A stretch of 63,690 nucleotides of DNA, the filler included, from Pelomyxa schiedti (lineage: Eukaryota > Protista > Evosea), in assembly GCA_020536535.1 (NCBI GenBank). It is 11 parts of 11 records of this genome, joined end to end, with 100 filler letters (N's around TTAATTAATTAA, not from the genome) between each part and the next. Parts side by side here need not be neighbours in the genome. Positions count along the whole stretch, not along the records: positions 60,246 to 62,377 come from JAHLWZ010002116.1; positions 62,478 to 63,690 come from JAHLWZ010002689.1; 9 more parts are not named here. One strand, written 5' to 3'. This document shows, piece after piece, positions 61,283 to 63,690 of the stretch (position 1 is its first letter; each line of letters opens with the position of its first letter). The position numbers and the translations under genes are program-made. Under the pieces are notes generated by a model. It ran no database searches, had not been told where the DNA came from, and worked only from the letters and a program-made list of their open reading frames with translations.

Positions 61283-62549
61283 CTCTGCAATGAGATTAGT
61301 GCGGAAATCATGAGAATCATACTTACAACACCCAGCAAGCGTTCTATTAAGCGCGGCAATGCTACAAACCCATATTTGAAGCTCTGAAAATCGCTGGATC
61401 AAATCCAAAGCCAAAGCTATGTAACATGAGACTCTTATTGTAACTTCATTTTACAATTAGTTTATTCATTTCGTTTGTATTTATTGTTTTACCAGCTTAC
61501 AATTTGCGTCTAAATGCAATTTAGTGCTATTTTCTTCAAGGAATTTCACTCTAAAAAAAAATATATTCTGGATTGAGTGAGGAAAACTCACCTGGAATTC
61601 TATTTGCGCTCTGTGTGACCCATGACTTGGGAATTTATGTTTTATTATGGGATCATGGGAACCACAGAAGTGAAGGTGTATCCTGATGGACCTCAGCATT
61701 GCATATTGCTGGAAAATCATTTTTTTTTGACCTCCTGGATGTTATTTTGCCCTGCAATACATTATTTTGGGAATAAAAGAAGGTGGCCACACAGTTATCC
61801 TTGCTGCAGACTGCAGATTGGAAATTGTTATTTTGGATTTGGGAGTAATGCATACCTATTTGAGAGTGTGATTTCTATCATGGCTACCATTTCCACGTCA
61901 GTTCAAACTCATGCATCAATTCCAATACCTGCATTCAATTAATTCACACAACACCAATTCTACATACCTGCAAGTCACACCAATTCCCTGTAAATTCGGC
62001 CCTCATGCAAAATCCAACCAATTACTACACAAGTCAACCATAACCTGCATTTGGCATCATTTTGCAAAATTCAAGAATTGGCACACTGATGGCATATACC
62101 CCAGTATTCATGCACTCATCCTGGACCGATTTTCATCAATTCTGCACTGTTCTGATTCATGCACTGCAATGGCATCAACATTCACAAACGAAGTACATAA
62201 TTACCTGGCAACTGGAAAAAGGCTTGTCCAACTTTATGAGCACTCTGTTTGCTTGGTCAAGCAGTTGCACAAACTGGAGAGATATCAGTACGAATTTCTA
62301 GAAATATATGTGAATTTACCTCTGCCCACTGGAAGGCATACCAGCCTAGTTAAAGTATGAATCAGCATTCAACTTGGNNNNNNNNNNNNNNNNNNNNNNN
62401 NNNNNNNNNNNNNNNNNNNNNTTAATTAATTAANNNNNNNNNNNNNNNNNNNNNNNNNNNNNNNNNNNNNNNNNNNNCAACCACTTTTGCTGCTCAAGTA
62501 AAATTTCGTGGCACCTGCTTTTGCTGCTCAAGTAAAATTTCGTGGCGAT

Positions 62550-62900
62550 GACCAACTAACTGCTGGACACCACCTCACCTTCCTTGATGGCCTGCTGCAG
62601 CATTCCATTTCTCCAAAAATGGTGTTTGGACTTGTAGGTTTTTTTGGCCAAATATAGGCCCAGATCATTTGGAACGTTGTTTGAATGCCAGAAGAGGTCT
62701 TACATCTCTTCAACGCAATGTCTTGCAACCATTTATTTGGGGGGTGGTTCCCAATTTTCAACTGGCTTGGTTCCCTTATAAACCCTTGTTTTTTTTGCCC
62801 CCCAGAATTATGGGAACAAAAAAACCTTGTTCTGGTTGTGTGTGGTGGTAATCCAGCTCCAGCATGGTTGCTTGGGGCTCAACCAGAAAAGAGGACCTTG
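62550..62900 (-). mobile_element. Possible highly decayed DDE_Tnp_4-like transposase relic
   Basis: Scattered pieces in the expected order across frames (GGKKNKGL; WHSNNVPND; IKEGEVV); weak. Confidence 0.25.
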
Positions 62901-63690
62901 TTGAGTGGTGCAAAATCCCTCCAAACTTACAGAAGCGATATGGTGGAATCCTGTTTTCAGTTGGCAGGGTATTCCCGGTGTGCTCACATTTCCATTTACA
63001 GCACTGGCAGTATCTGGCAGGGTGATGAGTGAAGAAACAAAGAGGTTTGTATGTACTTTTGCACATTTGAAGCACAGAAAACCATTCAATCCTGAGCTAA
63101 AGATTAAGCTATGTCATATTAATTCAACTCTATCTACAACTAGTTTTTGTATTTACTTGATTTGGCGTTTTAGTTTGTTAGTTCAGCTCTGAAGAATTCT
63201 ATTACTTTGCTCATCTCAGGCTTCGAAGTCTGCATAAAGCCAGGTGCCAATGCAATAAAGGTACTACACATAGGAAGCTTGGAGTGCACGCCAGTAAGTC
63301 TTAAGACATCGGCAATGACACATACAATTTGGTGCACTTTTGTTAAAATGTTATGTATTATCTATCCACATCAAGAATTGCTTCACAGCTTCGCCAGGAC
63401 CACCTGAGGAGTTAGTAACTAATATAATGGAGGATGGTACCTGATATGGAGTCCATAAGGTGGAGTTCTTGATTGCTGCTAACTTCTGGACTTCTCTGGG
63501 TCATGTAGCTACTAGTAAGCTGTGGAAAACCCGTAAGCTTCATGCAATGTAGAATGCATCCAGCATTTACTGATCTGCCTGTTTGCCTGTTTGAATTTAA
63601 GTTAACTTTGTGATGTGGTTAGTTGTTACCCCCACTGAATTATCAGGTGCCAGGTTACTATTAATCGTTCCGGCTTCATTACCCTGTTCA

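Noticed and set aside
20149-62477. Regularly recurring TTAATTAATTAA within N runs as a biological repeat or array
   Set aside because: It is an identical six-frame-stop linker used to concatenate contigs. ORFs crossing it (poly-X) and gene neighbourhoods across it are artefacts.
62484-62546. 29-bp direct repeat with 34-bp period
   Set aside because: It sits at the very start of a contig, which is typical of an assembly end artefact.

Overview
This is eukaryotic, intron-rich DNA, not a prokaryotic locus. The window is 11 unrelated scaffolds joined by artificial N44-TTAATTAATTAA-N44 linkers, plus two 100-N scaffold gaps, so adjacency across linkers means nothing. Short GT-AG introns, low-complexity linkers and an expanded orphan family with an AR-x-Q...H-x-R-C-G motif suggest an amoebozoan protist, resembling Pelomyxa-type Archamoebae (inference, not database-checked). 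Recognisable genes: RCC1-repeat proteins, a 2-TM sensor, a triple RanBP2 zinc finger, a helical-bundle/EF-like/ricin-lectin protein, a P-protein (ArsB/NhaD) transporter, a B-box/TIG/glycine-rich protein, an F-box-like/Ras-family GTPase fusion, a GT14 glycosyltransferase, a giant USP9/24/34-like deubiquitinase and TFIIS. There are also several decaying transposable elements. The strongest novelty candidate is 27.5-33.7 kb: an intron-containing, decaying gene with ParB/Srx-like and beta-class amino-DNA-methyltransferase-like motifs lies head-to-head with a Sola-like DDD transposase, suggesting a eukaryotic DNA transposon carrying phage-type DNA-modification cargo. All domain calls are by-eye motif recognition and all exon models are manual.
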